The position numbers and the translations under genes were made by a program. A stretch of DNA of 64,000 bases. Origin: an uncultured Clostridia bacterium. GTDB taxonomy: Bacteria > Bacillota > Clostridia > Christensenellales > UBA1242. The notes beneath the pieces were generated by a model, which had not been told where the DNA came from, did not search any database, and saw only the letters and a program-made list of their open reading frames with translations. The stretch lies in assembly GCA_934771475.1 (NCBI GenBank), contig CAKVMD010000001.1, forward strand, positions 21,232 to 85,231, given 5' to 3'. Positions 38,569 through 49,524 of the stretch are shown piece after piece (position 1 is the stretch's first letter; each line of letters opens with the position of its first letter).

Positions 38569-40277
38569 GAATAAGTAAACTTGTTGGCGAGCGAGTAAAG
38601 GAAACTCCAAACGGGGTTAGTGCTAAGAGCCACGCTTTGCTTTTAAGAGCAGGGTATATAAAACAAATGGGCAATGGAATTTACTCTTTAATGCCATCCG
38701 CTCAGAGAGTAAGTCTTAAAATTCAAAACATCATAAGAGAAGAAATGAATAAAATTGATGGACAAGAGGTTTTAATGCCTGTTGTTATGCCTCGTGAATT
38801 ATGGGAAAAAAGTGGTAGATATCAAGCCATAGGGCAAGAAATGGTAAGATTTAAAGATAGAAATAACCATGATATGCTTTTAGGTATGACACACGAGGAA
38901 GCAGCGGTTCATTTGGTACAAAACACTGTAAAAAGTTATGATAACCTTCCGTGCATGATTTATCAATTCCAAACAAAATTCAGAGATGAGGCTCGTCCAA
39001 GAGCAGGGCTTTTAAGAGTAAGAGAGTTTACAATGAAAGACGCTTATTCTTTCCATACAAGCCAAGAAGATTTGGAAAGTTACTACAAAAAAGTGTATGA
39101 CGCATATTACAGAATTTATAGAAGAATGGGAATGAAAAACTTTGTTTCTGTAAGTAGCGACACTGGCATGATGGGCGGTGGAAGAGCCGATGAATTTCAA
39201 CTTTTAATTGACGCCGGTGAAGATAATATCGTTCTTTGCAGTCATTGTGATTATAAAGCAAACATGGAAGTGGCAACTAGCGTTATTGAGAAGCCACAGT
39301 TTAATGACAAGCCATTAAAAGATGTTTATACTGGCAACGCTAAAACAATAGACGAAGTTTGCAAAGAGTTAGGTATAACCCCAAAACAAACAATTAAAGC
39401 GGTTTGTTATGCTGCCGTTGGTGAGGCAAATAGGCTTATTTTAGCCTTTATTAGAGGTGATAAAGAAGTTAATGAAGCCAAGCTTAAAAAAGCGGTGAAC
39501 GCAGACGATATTGCTTTGACTGATTTGGGCGATACTGGGCTTGTAAAAGGGAACATTGGATGCTTAAACTTGCCTGAAAAACTTGGTGATTACAGTTTGA
39601 CGGTCATTTTTGATACCTCTCTTCGAGATATGAAAGACATGGTTACAGGGGCGAATAAGGAAGAGTATCACATCACTGGCGTGAATGTAAATCGCGACAT
39701 CATAGATGCACGATTTGAAGAATTTGCAAAGGTTAGTGAAGGTGATTTGTGCCCTGTGTGCGGAAAACCATTAACCATTAAAAAGGGTATCGAAGTAGGT
39801 AATATTTTCCAACTTGGAACAAAGTATTCAAAATCTATGGGACTGACCGTTCATATGCCTGATGGAAGCGAGATGAACCCAATCATGGGTTGTTATGGCA
39901 TTGGAGTTGGAAGATGTTTAGCAAGCATTGTAGAAGAAAGCAGCGATGAAAAAGGAATTGTATGGCCTATGAGCATTGCACCTTGGCAAATTTACCTTTG
40001 CCCATTACGCTTGGATGATGAAAGAGTGCACTCCAAAGCAGAAGAACTTTATAAAACGCTTTCTGACAAATATGAAGTGCTTTATGACGACCGCAATGTC
40101 TCTGCCGGTGTAAAATTTGCAGACAGCGAACTTATGGGAATACCTGTAAGAGTTGTGGTTAGTCCAAGGAGCCTAGAAAACAATGAAGCGGAAGTCGTTT
40201 TAAGAGCAACAGGAGAAAAACAAATGGTTGCGCTTGAAAATCTTGATGCATTGCTTAATAATATAATTAATGGATAA
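38565..40277 (+). CDS. proS: proline--tRNA ligase (bacterial type with INS editing domain)
   Basis: 570 aa with class II motifs and an editing insertion. ATGA overlap with the xseA stop. Confidence 0.95.
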   Translation: MRISKLVGERVKETPNGVSAKSHALLLRAGYIKQMGNGIYSLMPSAQRVSLKIQNIIREEMNKIDGQEVLMPVVMPRELWEKSGRYQAIGQEMVRFKDRNNHDMLLGMTHEEAAVHLVQNTVKSYDNLPCMIYQFQTKFRDEARPRAGLLRVREFTMKDAYSFHTSQEDLESYYKKVYDAYYRIYRRMGMKNFVSVSSDTGMMGGGRADEFQLLIDAGEDNIVLCSHCDYKANMEVATSVIEKPQFNDKPLKDVYTGNAKTIDEVCKELGITPKQTIKAVCYAAVGEANRLILAFIRGDKEVNEAKLKKAVNADDIALTDLGDTGLVKGNIGCLNLPEKLGDYSLTVIFDTSLRDMKDMVTGANKEEYHITGVNVNRDIIDARFEEFAKVSEGDLCPVCGKPLTIKKGIEVGNIFQLGTKYSKSMGLTVHMPDGSEMNPIMGCYGIGVGRCLASIVEESSDEKGIVWPMSIAPWQIYLCPLRLDDERVHSKAEELYKTLSDKYEVLYDDRNVSAGVKFADSELMGIPVRVVVSPRSLENNEAEVVLRATGEKQMVALENLDALLNNIING

Positions 40278-40286
40278 GGGGGATAT

Positions 40287-40496
40287 ATGGAAAAACAAAT
40301 CTCTTATGAAGAGGCGTCAAAAGAACTAAGTGAGATTATAAACAAATTGGAAGATGGAACCATTCCAATGAGCGAGGCGATTGAACTTTTTGAAAAAGGT
40401 AAAAACCTTGTTAAAATTTGCTATTCACACCTTGACAAAGCAAAAGGTAAATTAACCGAAATAAAAGAGACAATAGAAGGACTTGAAGAAATCTAA
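40287..40496 (+). CDS. xseB: exodeoxyribonuclease VII small subunit
   Basis: 69-aa helical protein (SYEEASKELSEIINKLEDG). RBS AAGGGGG. Confidence 0.85.
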   Translation: MEKQISYEEASKELSEIINKLEDGTIPMSEAIELFEKGKNLVKICYSHLDKAKGKLTEIKETIEGLEEI

Positions 40497-40529
40497 CATA
40501 GATTTGACCTCGTATTCATAAAATATTTT

Positions 40530-41096
40530 GTGAAGAAATATAGACAGGTTAAAATCGAATCTTTTTCTGGGGCAAAGAAATATTTATGGGCGTTTAAAAT
40601 GTTTTTTATCGCTATAACTATGTCTTTGCTCTTTGGCTATATAAGCGAAACAATAATTTCCTCCGCTGGAATAATTATTGCAATCTTTATCATTTGCATC
40701 TTTATTTCCATTTCTGTCATATTTGATATGATTGGCATTGCAGCCGCATCTGCCGATATAGAGGTTTTTGAAAAATGGGAGAAAAACGGAGTCAAAGGGG
40801 CGGACAGAGGTCTTAGGCTGTGCAATAATTCTGAAAAAGTATGTTCTTTTTGCGCAGATGTCGTTGGAGATATTTGTAGCACGCTTTGTGGAGCGGGAGG
40901 CGCTGCAATCGTGGCAATGACTACCCAAAATCTGCAACAAAACCGCCATATTATTTTAATTTCAATAATTGTATCAGCTTTAATTGCGGGATTAACTGTA
41001 TTTTTTAAGGCAATCATGAAAGAAAGAGCAATGAAGAAATCTAACAAGATTCTTCTAAAACTAGGTAGATTATTAAATTTTTTCACAAAGTTATAA
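40530..41096 (+). CDS. hypothetical membrane protein (weak CNNM/DUF21-like TM-domain resemblance); start uncertain
   Basis: 4 predicted TM helices. The GTG start has no clear RBS. Two long antisense ORFs overlap it, so gene and strand are not fully secure. Confidence 0.4.
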   Translation: MKKYRQVKIESFSGAKKYLWAFKMFFIAITMSLLFGYISETIISSAGIIIAIFIICIFISISVIFDMIGIAAASADIEVFEKWEKNGVKGADRGLRLCNNSEKVCSFCADVVGDICSTLCGAGGAAIVAMTTQNLQQNRHIILISIIVSALIAGLTVFFKAIMKERAMKKSNKILLKLGRLLNFFTKL

Positions 41097-41113
41097 AAAT
41101 TCAATTAAAATAG

Positions 41114-41142
41114 TTGACAATGGTCTTAATATATGCTAATAT
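41114..41142 (+). promoter_or_regulatory. sigma-A-type promoter for infC-rpmI-rplT
   Basis: TTGACA-17 nt-TAATAT. Confidence 0.65.
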
Positions 41143-41148
41143 ATACGC

Positions 41149-41282
41149 GTATGAAAGCAGAAGTCCCACTTCTCACCATTCAGCAAGGGCTAGATTGGTA
41201 ATAACTTAATTTGTTTTAAAGTAAGTTTTTTGGTGGAGATTTTTGTTTCCACCAAATTTTTTATTAAAAGGGGATTATAACA
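41149..41282 (+). promoter_or_regulatory. L20-type ribosomal-protein leader with intrinsic attenuator terminator (41228-41263)
   Basis: ~130-nt leader ending in the TTGGTGGA...TCCACCAA stem plus T6, just before the infC RBS. This is the arrangement of the Firmicute L20 leader. Confidence 0.6.
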
Positions 41283-41798
41283 ATTTTTAAGGAACTTTTA
41301 ATCAACGAACAAATTTCTGCTCAGGAAGTTCGTTTAATTGGAGAAAATGGAGAACAACTTGGTGTTGTTTCGAGAGCAGAGGCACTTGCAAAGGCTGAGG
41401 AAGCAGGGCTTGACCTTGTCCTTATGTCAGCAGGAAGCGTGCCACCAGTTTGCAAAATCTTAAATTATGGTAAATTTAAGTATGATGCACTTAAAAAGGA
41501 TAAAGAAATTAAGAAATCTCAAAAAATCATTGAAACCAAAGAAGTAAGACTTTCTATGACTATTGATGAACATGACATTCTTTATCGTGTTTCAAGTGCC
41601 ACAAAATTCCTCAAAGATGGAGACAAGGTTAAAGTTTCACTCAAAATGAGGGGAAGAGAACAAGCTTATGTCAAGAAAGGTATTGAAATTGTTAAAGATT
41701 TCTGCGCAAGACTCGACGAAGTTGGACAACTGGAAAAAGAACCTGAACTTGTTGGGAAAAATATCTTTGTTGTTATAAGCCCAAAAAAGACAAAATAA
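41283..41798 (+). CDS. infC: translation initiation factor IF-3 (non-canonical ATT start)
   Basis: The frame opens at 41268. (M)FKELLINEQISAQEVRLIGENGEQLG is the conserved IF3 N-terminus. AAAGGGGA lies 9 nt before ATT 41283. The tracked ATG 41424 would remove the N-domain. Confidence 0.85.
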   Translation: MFKELLINEQISAQEVRLIGENGEQLGVVSRAEALAKAEEAGLDLVLMSAGSVPPVCKILNYGKFKYDALKKDKEIKKSQKIIETKEVRLSMTIDEHDILYRVSSATKFLKDGDKVKVSLKMRGREQAYVKKGIEIVKDFCARLDEVGQLEKEPELVGKNIFVVISPKKTK

Positions 41799-41810
41799 AG
41801 GAGAAAAATT

Positions 41811-42005
41811 ATGCCAAAACAAAAAACACACAGTGGGTGCAAAAAGCGTTTCCATGTAACAGCAAACGGAAAAATTAAGTTTGCTAGACCTGGTAAGGGA
41901 CACTTCCTTACAAAGAAATCACAATCAGTAAAGAAAAAACTTAGAAAGGGATCTTACATTTCTGGTAAAAATGCACAGAACATTAAGACTCTTCTTGCTA
42001 AATAG
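41811..42005 (+). CDS. rpmI: 50S ribosomal protein L35
   Basis: MPKQKTHSGCKKRF N-terminus. Confidence 0.95.
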   Translation: MPKQKTHSGCKKRFHVTANGKIKFARPGKGHFLTKKSQSVKKKLRKGSYISGKNAQNIKTLLAK

Positions 42006-42016
42006 GAGGCCAAATC

Positions 42017-42358
42017 ATGAGAATTAAGAGAGCAGTTAACGCAGTTAAAAAGCGTCGTTCTATCCTTAAAAGTGCAAAAGGATACAGAGGAGCAAAGTCT
42101 AAACTTTATAGAACAGCAAGAGAGCAAGTAATGAAGAGCGGACAATACGCTTATATTGGCCGTAAAGCAAAGAAAAGAAATTTCAGAGCACTTTGGATCA
42201 CAAGAATTAATGCTGGATGCAGAGAAAACGGAATTTCTTATTCAAAATTCATTGCTGGACTTAAAAACAAAGGTATTGACCTTAACAGAAAAGTTCTTGC
42301 AGATATGGCAGTTAGAGAGCCTGAAACTTTTGCAGCACTTGTAGGACAGGTTAAATAA
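42017..42358 (+). CDS. rplT: 50S ribosomal protein L20
   Basis: MRIKRAVNAVKKRRSILKSAKGYRG N-terminus. Confidence 0.95.
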   Translation: MRIKRAVNAVKKRRSILKSAKGYRGAKSKLYRTAREQVMKSGQYAYIGRKAKKRNFRALWITRINAGCRENGISYSKFIAGLKNKGIDLNRKVLADMAVREPETFAALVGQVK

Positions 42359-42360
42359 TA

Positions 42361-43086
42361 ATGCTTGTTAAAGCATCAACATCTTTAATTAAAGACTTAA
42401 AAAAGCAAAAACGAGAAAATAGTTCTTTGCTTTTTTTGGATAACTTTAAAATTATAAAAGATGCCATAAAAGCGGGGCTTAAACCTCGCTATATTTTGGT
42501 GAGTGATGAAAGCCTAAATATCTGGGAAGATGAGGTTGTGTATAAAGTTGACAGACAGACAATCGAGCAACTTTCTGACAGTAAAACACCGCAAGGTGTA
42601 GTTTGTATATTAGACTACCTACAACATATTGTGGGGCGACCTAAAACAAACTTCTTAGTTGTTGATTCACTTCAAGACCCCGGCAATGTTGGAACACTTA
42701 TAAGAACAGCAACTGCGTGCGGTTTTGAATATGTGTACCTCCTTGACAGTGTTAAAGTTACAAATCCAAAATTGGTTCGAAGTAGCGTAGGCACTATTTT
42801 TCAAAGTAAAATCATTTCAATGACAAAGAATAAATTTTGTAAGTACGCAGAACAGTGGAAACTAAACCTAGTTATGGCAGATATGGAAGGCGACAATATA
42901 TTTACAAGCAAATTTAAAGGAATTGTGGGCGTTGTCGTTGGCAATGAGGGACAGGGCGTTTGCGACCAAATTGCTCGACTTTGTTCAAAAACGGTTAGAA
43001 TTCCTATGCGTGAAGGTGTGGAGAGTTTAAATGCTTCAATTTCTGGTGCTATAATAATGTATGAAATTGCCAAAAATAACCTTTAA
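42361..43086 (+). CDS. TrmH/SpoU-family RNA 2'-O-methyltransferase
   Basis: Blocks DSLQDPGNVGTLIRTA, VVVGNEGQGV and ESLNASISGAIIMYE. Follows rplT as ysgA does in B. subtilis. Confidence 0.8.
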   Translation: MLVKASTSLIKDLKKQKRENSSLLFLDNFKIIKDAIKAGLKPRYILVSDESLNIWEDEVVYKVDRQTIEQLSDSKTPQGVVCILDYLQHIVGRPKTNFLVVDSLQDPGNVGTLIRTATACGFEYVYLLDSVKVTNPKLVRSSVGTIFQSKIISMTKNKFCKYAEQWKLNLVMADMEGDNIFTSKFKGIVGVVVGNEGQGVCDQIARLCSKTVRIPMREGVESLNASISGAIIMYEIAKNNL

Positions 43087-43113
43087 TTTAATTTGTTAAG
43101 TAGAGTAAAACTA

Positions 43114-43142
43114 TTGACAAGATTGCATAAAAAAAATATAAT
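43114..43142 (+). promoter_or_regulatory. sigma-A-type promoter for yebC
   Basis: TTGACA-17 nt-TATAAT. Confidence 0.6.
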
Positions 43143-43185
43143 AAAAGTGATATAGAGATAGTTATGAATTTTAAGAGGAGATAAT

Positions 43186-43923
43186 ATGTCAGGACATTCT
43201 AAATGGCACAATATACAAGCAAGAAAGGGTAAAAGCGATGCTGCAAGAGGCAAAATATTCACAAAAATCGGGCGTGAAATTGCAGTAGTCGTAAAAAATG
43301 GCGGGGCAGACCCTGTTTCAAACCCAAGACTTAAAGATGTTATTCAAAAAGCAAAACAAAGCAATATGCCAAACGATACAATAGAGAGAAGTATTAAGAA
43401 AGCAGCTGGCGAAATGGGAAATGTAAACTATGAAAGTTGCACTTATGAGGGATACGGACAAGGCGGTTCAGCAGTTATCGTAGAATGCCTTACGGATAAT
43501 AAAAATCGTACCGCTGGCGATGTTCGTCATGCTTTTGATAAATTTGGAGGGGCACTCGGCTCAAATGGTTGCGTGAGTTACTTATTCCAAAGAAAGGGAG
43601 TTGTAACTGTTGAAAAAACTGACACCCTTGACGGAGACGAACTTATGCTTACCGCTCTTGATAGTGGAGCAAACGATGTCGTTGAATATGATGATTGCTA
43701 CGAAATAATAACTAATCCAAACGAACATTCAATCGTGGAGGAAGCGCTTACAAAGGCTGGATATAGTGTAATATCTGCTGAAACAACCCTTGTTGCTGAT
43801 AGTTATATTGACCTTGATGAAGAAAAAGTTGTTAAATTTAACAGAATGATTGAAACACTTGAAGACCTTGATGACGTCCAAGAGGTTTATCATAATGTTA
43901 ATCTTCCAGAAGACGAAGAATAA
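43186..43923 (+). CDS. yebC: YebC/PmpR-family DNA-binding regulator
   Basis: [28 protein letters not shown]-terminus. Confidence 0.9.
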   Translation: MSGHSKWHNIQARKGKSDAARGKIFTKIGREIAVVVKNGGADPVSNPRLKDVIQKAKQSNMPNDTIERSIKKAAGEMGNVNYESCTYEGYGQGGSAVIVECLTDNKNRTAGDVRHAFDKFGGALGSNGCVSYLFQRKGVVTVEKTDTLDGDELMLTALDSGANDVVEYDDCYEIITNPNEHSIVEEALTKAGYSVISAETTLVADSYIDLDEEKVVKFNRMIETLEDLDDVQEVYHNVNLPEDEE

Positions 43924-44106
43924 AGTAAAAATTCAATAATTTCTTTATTCCAGAAAAAAGGTTTCTTGAATAAGAAAGTTTAAAGATTCTAATCGTTTTT
44001 TTGAGATAGACAAATAAAATCATTAATCTTATGTAAATAAGTATTTATAAATTTTTGTATAAAGAACTTGCAGATGAAGATTATATGTTTACAAAGGAGA
44101 GCAACC

Positions 44107-44382
44107 ATGAAAAGGAACTGGGCTGAAAAGTTTGATGAAGAGCAAGACGAACTTGCTGAAAGAATTGCAAGAAACAGAGAGATAACTAGACTTGCAGAAG
44201 AAGAAAAGGCTAGAAGAGAAGCCGAGGAAAGGGCAAAAAGAGATGCTGAGGCACAAAAGAAGGCTGAAACATCAACAGACGAGGCTTTACCACGCCAAGT
44301 AGGGTGGATTAGACCTGATGAAAAGGTTGGTACTTTTACTGAAAACTATTCATTTTTTGATGATGAAACTGAACGCGAATAA
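44107..44382 (+). CDS. small highly charged coiled-coil-like protein, unknown function
   Basis: ATG 44107 follows AAAGGAGAG. 91 aa, E/R/K/A-rich. A terminator overlaps its stop. Confidence 0.45.
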   Translation: MKRNWAEKFDEEQDELAERIARNREITRLAEEEKARREAEERAKRDAEAQKKAETSTDEALPRQVGWIRPDEKVGTFTENYSFFDDETERE

Positions 44383-44398
44383 CTCCGCGTTCTTTTTT
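44371..44398 (+). terminator. rho-independent terminator
   Basis: GAACGCG...CGCGTTC stem followed by T6. Confidence 0.65.
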
Positions 44399-44463
44399 AT
44401 TATTTTATGTGCATGGCTTTTAAATTTAAGTTAAATAAAATGGTTTTCTAGTTATTGGTAGAC

Positions 44464-44487
44464 AAATTTAAATTTAAATTTAAATTC
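44464..44487. repeat. (AAATTT)3-AAATTC hexanucleotide tandem repeat
   Basis: Read directly: aaatttaaatttaaatttaaattc, in the AT-rich spacer upstream of ruvC. Confidence 0.9.
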
Positions 44488-44619
44488 TTATTTAACAAGC
44501 GCTTTTCATCCTTTTATTTTTTAAATTGAAGCGGCGCATACTAATTCATTATTTTAAAAACAATAAATAGTTGAATACTATTTGCAGATGCAATTAAACC
44601 TATTTTTTATTATAATAAG

Positions 44620-44648
44620 TTGACTATTTGCGAGCAAAATGGTAAAAT
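44620..44648 (+). promoter_or_regulatory. sigma-A-type promoter for ruvC, positioned for a leaderless transcript
   Basis: TTGACT-17 nt-TAAAAT. Only CAAACT (6 nt, no SD) separates it from ATG 44655. Confidence 0.55.
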
Positions 44649-44654
44649 CAAACT

Positions 44655-45143
44655 ATGATTATTTTAGGAATAGACCCAGGATATGCTATTGTCGGGTACG
44701 GAATTATAGATACTAATAAGCCAAACATGGTCATCGACTATGGTGCAATCACAACGCCAAAAGAAGATACCATGCCAGTTAGGCTGGAAGCAATCGATTC
44801 AAGTTTAAAATATCTTTTTGATAAGTATAAACCTGATGTGGTCGCAATAGAGGAACTTTTCTATTTTAAAAACCAAAAAACCGTAATTCCAGTTGCTGAG
44901 GCAAGGGGGGTAATAGTTCTTGCATGCCAAAAATATTGTGGGAACATATATGAATATACTCCACTTCAAATTAAACAAGCATTGACTGGACAAGGCAGGG
45001 CCGAAAAAGCACAAGTACAATATATGGTTAAAGCCATTTTAGGGCTAAATGCTATTCCAAAACCTGACGATGCCGCAGATGCACTTGCTGTTGCTATTTG
45101 CCATAGTCAAACAAGTCCATCTTTAAATAATAATAGAGCCTGA
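44655..45143 (+). CDS. ruvC: crossover junction endodeoxyribonuclease RuvC
   Basis: MIILGIDPGYAIVGYGII N-terminus and the C-terminal DAADALAVAICH. Confidence 0.9.
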   Translation: MIILGIDPGYAIVGYGIIDTNKPNMVIDYGAITTPKEDTMPVRLEAIDSSLKYLFDKYKPDVVAIEELFYFKNQKTVIPVAEARGVIVLACQKYCGNIYEYTPLQIKQALTGQGRAEKAQVQYMVKAILGLNAIPKPDDAADALAVAICHSQTSPSLNNNRA

Positions 45144-45219
45144 ATACAATTCTCATGCTTCTTAAAATTGCTAAAAATATTTAAAATAAAAATTGTAACC
45201 AAGTTTAAAAGGGAAAAAT

Positions 45220-45813
45220 ATGATTTCATTTTTAATAGGAATAATCGAAGAAAAACAGGAAAATTTGCTGGTGTTGAATGTAAATGGGGTGGGGTATGAA
45301 CTTACTGTATCTTCCAATACATTGAGCGCTTTGCCAATGGAGGGTGAAACCGTAAAAGTTTTAACCTATATGGCTGTAAGAGAAGACGGCGTATATTTAT
45401 TTGGTTTTTCATCCAAAGAAGAGCGTGATTTATTTTACAAACTCATTTCTGTAAGTGGAATAGGTCCTAAAATGGCAATTTCTATACTTTCTGGTCTTTC
45501 ATTAAGCGACCTCGTAATGGCAATAATAAACCAAGACCATAAACTTCTTTCAAAAATTAAAGGTCTTGGTAAAAAAACAGCAGAAAGAATTTGCCTCGAA
45601 TTAAAAGATAAGCTGTCAATTACGGGTGAGAGCGCGGATAGTGTTTCTTTTGGCACAGATTATAATGAAGATGCTGTCCAAATGGCAACTGACACATTGA
45701 TAAGTCTTGGAATTAACAAAAACGATGCCTACATGCTTGCGCGAGCAAATGCAACCGCACAGTCAACGGCAGAAGAAATTATTTCAAAGTCATTAAGGGG
45801 GTATAGAGGGTAA
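45220..45813 (+). CDS. ruvA: Holliday junction DNA helicase RuvA
   Basis: OB domain, HhH motifs ([15 protein letters not shown]; [12 protein letters not shown]) and domain III. Confidence 0.9.
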   Translation: MISFLIGIIEEKQENLLVLNVNGVGYELTVSSNTLSALPMEGETVKVLTYMAVREDGVYLFGFSSKEERDLFYKLISVSGIGPKMAISILSGLSLSDLVMAIINQDHKLLSKIKGLGKKTAERICLELKDKLSITGESADSVSFGTDYNEDAVQMATDTLISLGINKNDAYMLARANATAQSTAEEIISKSLRGYRG

Positions 45814-46829
45814 TGGAAGAACTTGACAACAGATTTATAACAAGCACCAAAAATTTAACTGATGCCGAAATCGAAAACTCTTTACGACCTACTACAATGG
45901 ACCAATATATAGGGCAAAGCAAGGTTAAAGAAGCGCTGTCTGTGTATATTAAGGCAGCAAAAACTAGAAAAGAAAGCCTTGACCATGTTCTTTTATATGG
46001 ACCTCCTGGGCTTGGGAAAACTACACTTTCGCACATTATTGCAAACGAACTTGGTAGTCAATTTAAGGTTACGTCTGGGCCAGCAATCGAACACGCAGCC
46101 GACCTTGCCGCAATACTTACTAATCTTAATGAAAATGATGTGTTATTTATTGATGAAATTCACAGATTAAACAAAACAGTAGAAGAAATTCTTTATCCTG
46201 CGATGGAAGATTTTGCATTAGATTTTATAGTTGGCAAAGGTCCATCTGCAAGAAATATGCGTTTAAAAATAAAACCTTTTACGCTTATCGGAGCAACTAC
46301 TAGGGCGGGTATGCTCACGAACCCACTTCGCGACAGATTTGGTGTTATATGTAGACTTGAACTTTACACAACAGAAGATTTGCAAATAATAATCAATCGT
46401 TCTGCCAGCATATTAGGAATAAAAATTGACGAAGATGCCAGCAAGGAAATTGCGATGCGTTCACGCGGGACACCTAGAATTGCCAATCGTTTGTTAAAAA
46501 GAGTTAGAGATTATGCGCAAGTTTTAGGAGAAGGGCATATAACCAAGCAAATAGCAGATAAAACTTTGCAAATAATGGAAATTGATGACTTAGGATTGGA
46601 CACAATAGATAGAAAAATAATGCTTTCCATCATCAATAAGTTTGGCGGGGGCCCAGTAGGACTCGATACCTTGGCAGCAACAATAAGTGAAGATGCAACT
46701 ACCATTGAAGATGTATATGAACCTTATCTTCTTCAACTGGGTTTTATTTCAAGAACCCCAAGAGGTCGTATTGCTCTTGAACCTGCTTATAAACATTTTG
46801 GGATAGCTTATCCCGGCACCAAAGCATAA
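45813..46829 (+). CDS. ruvB: Holliday junction DNA helicase RuvB
   Basis: Walker [10 protein letters not shown], Walker B LFIDEIHR and [11 protein letters not shown]. Confidence 0.95.
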   Translation: MEELDNRFITSTKNLTDAEIENSLRPTTMDQYIGQSKVKEALSVYIKAAKTRKESLDHVLLYGPPGLGKTTLSHIIANELGSQFKVTSGPAIEHAADLAAILTNLNENDVLFIDEIHRLNKTVEEILYPAMEDFALDFIVGKGPSARNMRLKIKPFTLIGATTRAGMLTNPLRDRFGVICRLELYTTEDLQIIINRSASILGIKIDEDASKEIAMRSRGTPRIANRLLKRVRDYAQVLGEGHITKQIADKTLQIMEIDDLGLDTIDRKIMLSIINKFGGGPVGLDTLAATISEDATTIEDVYEPYLLQLGFISRTPRGRIALEPAYKHFGIAYPGTKA

Positions 46830-47013
46830 TAATATAAATAAAAAATAAAACTAATATTTAACTTAGAACCAATTTCTTCTTTGGTTCAAAATCATTAATA
46901 ACATTGATAACATTTTTTGAGACACGATTAGATTTAATTGTTAAATCAATTTTATCGATGAAATATGGTGGTCTCCATGGAATTGGACTGTTTTTCCAAT
47001 TAAAAGGATAGTT

Positions 47014-48060
47014 ATGACTAATATTGAAAATAAAGATTTATTCAAAAAGAGTAGTTATTTTTATGAATTACCGGAGGAACTTATTGCTCAAACTCCTGTT
47101 GAGCCCAGAGATTCTTCTAGACTACTCGTATACAATAGAAAAGATGACACGATTTGCCACAAGCATTTCTACGACATTATAGATTTTTTAAATAAAGGCG
47201 ATGTACTCGTGGTAAATAATACTCGCGTTCTTCCTGCACGACTTTACGGATTTAAAGAAACAGGCGCCAAAATCGAAATTTTGCTGCAAAAACGCATAGA
47301 TTTAACAACATGGGAAGTTATTGCGCGACCATTTAAAAGACTTGATGTAGGGACAAAGGTTGTGTTCAGCGAACAATTATCTTGCACAATTCTTGAAAAG
47401 GGGACTTATGGCGGTTGCAAAGTAAAGTTTGATTATGAGGGAGTTTTTGAACACAGATTAAGTGAAGTTGGGCAAATGCCATTGCCTCCATATATCCATG
47501 AAAAACTTAAAGATAAAGAGCGCTATCAAACTGTTTACTCCAAAGTAGAGGGCTCTTCTGCCGCGCCAACAGCAGGCCTACATTTCACACCACAACTTTT
47601 AGAGAAAATAAAAGAAAAGGGAGTGCAAATTGTTGAAGTGCTACTTCATGTAGGTTTAGGAACTTTTCGTCCCGTAAAAGAGGAAAATATATTGGCGCAT
47701 GAAATGCACAGTGAGTATATTGAACTTTCTCAGGAAAACGCAGACATATTAAACAAAGCAAAAGAAGAGGGTAGAAGGATTATCGCGGTTGGGACAACCA
47801 GTGTTCGAGTTCTTGAAAGTTGTGCCAGTGAAGACGGCAAACTCATTCCACAAAAAACAAACACTCAAATATTTATATACCCATCTTATAAATTCAAAGT
47901 AGTCGATGCGCTTATAACCAATTTTCACCTTCCAGAAAGCACATTAATAATGCTGGTTTCAGCCTTTGCTGGCTATGACCAAACAATAAGTGTATACAAA
48001 ATTGCAGTAAAAGAAAAGTATAGATTTTTCTCATTTGGTGATGCAATGTTTATAGAATAA
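47014..48060 (+). CDS. queA: S-adenosylmethionine:tRNA ribosyltransferase-isomerase
   Basis: YELPEELIAQTP N-terminus, GAVAAPTAGLHFT-like block (SSAAPTAGLHFT) and FSFGDAMFI C-terminus. Confidence 0.95.
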   Translation: MTNIENKDLFKKSSYFYELPEELIAQTPVEPRDSSRLLVYNRKDDTICHKHFYDIIDFLNKGDVLVVNNTRVLPARLYGFKETGAKIEILLQKRIDLTTWEVIARPFKRLDVGTKVVFSEQLSCTILEKGTYGGCKVKFDYEGVFEHRLSEVGQMPLPPYIHEKLKDKERYQTVYSKVEGSSAAPTAGLHFTPQLLEKIKEKGVQIVEVLLHVGLGTFRPVKEENILAHEMHSEYIELSQENADILNKAKEEGRRIIAVGTTSVRVLESCASEDGKLIPQKTNTQIFIYPSYKFKVVDALITNFHLPESTLIMLVSAFAGYDQTISVYKIAVKEKYRFFSFGDAMFIE

Positions 48061-48181
48061 TACTATATGTTGTAGGTTGTATTTCATACAACTACGCACA
48101 TATTGTATTTCTATCTAATATCGTCAGCAAGTAGACGATTAAAGCCAACTGAAATTATAAATAATGAAGTTAAAACGATTT

Positions 48182-48217
48182 ACTGAAAGCAATAATCAAA
48201 CTGAAAGAAATAATCAA
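48182..48217. repeat. tandem 18-bp direct repeat (2 copies, 17/18 identical)
   Basis: actgaaagcaataatcaa followed by actgaaagaaataatcaa. A degenerate third ACTGAAA unit lies at 48148. Confidence 0.9.
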
Positions 48218-48261
48218 TTTGTTTTCTAAAATTATCTTATTTTAATTCAGACAAATATTAA

Positions 48262-49410
<1,149 letters not shown>

Positions 49411-49481
49411 TTTAAAATTTTCCTGTCAGCTTAATATTTTATAAATAGTTGAGCACATTTTCAGTGCTAGTTAATTAAAAT

Positions 49482-49515
49482 AAGAGAATAAATTGGGTTT
49501 TTATTCTCTTTTTTG
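49482..49515 (+). terminator. rho-independent terminator after tgt
   Basis: Perfect 10-bp stem AAGAGAATAA...TTATTCTCTT followed by a T-run. Confidence 0.8.
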
Positions 49516-49524
49516 TTGTTTTAT

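Noticed and set aside
40584-41104. Two long minus-strand ORFs (121 and 155 aa) overlapping the 40530-41096 membrane-protein ORF.
   Set aside because: Neither has an RBS or a recognisable domain. The plus-strand product has a coherent 4-TM pattern and matches local gene orientation, so it was kept at low confidence.
44005-44035. TTATGTAAATA matching 9/11 of the B. subtilis dif XerD arm. A weaker TTATGTTTCCC lies at 58838-58848.
   Set aside because: The expected left arm and inner ATAA dyad are absent in both cases. The first site lies in a co-directional region far from the strand switch.
44464-44487. Hexanucleotide repeat considered as a CRISPR-like or other array.
   Set aside because: It is a 24-bp microsatellite with no spacers and no cas genes, reported as a simple repeat.
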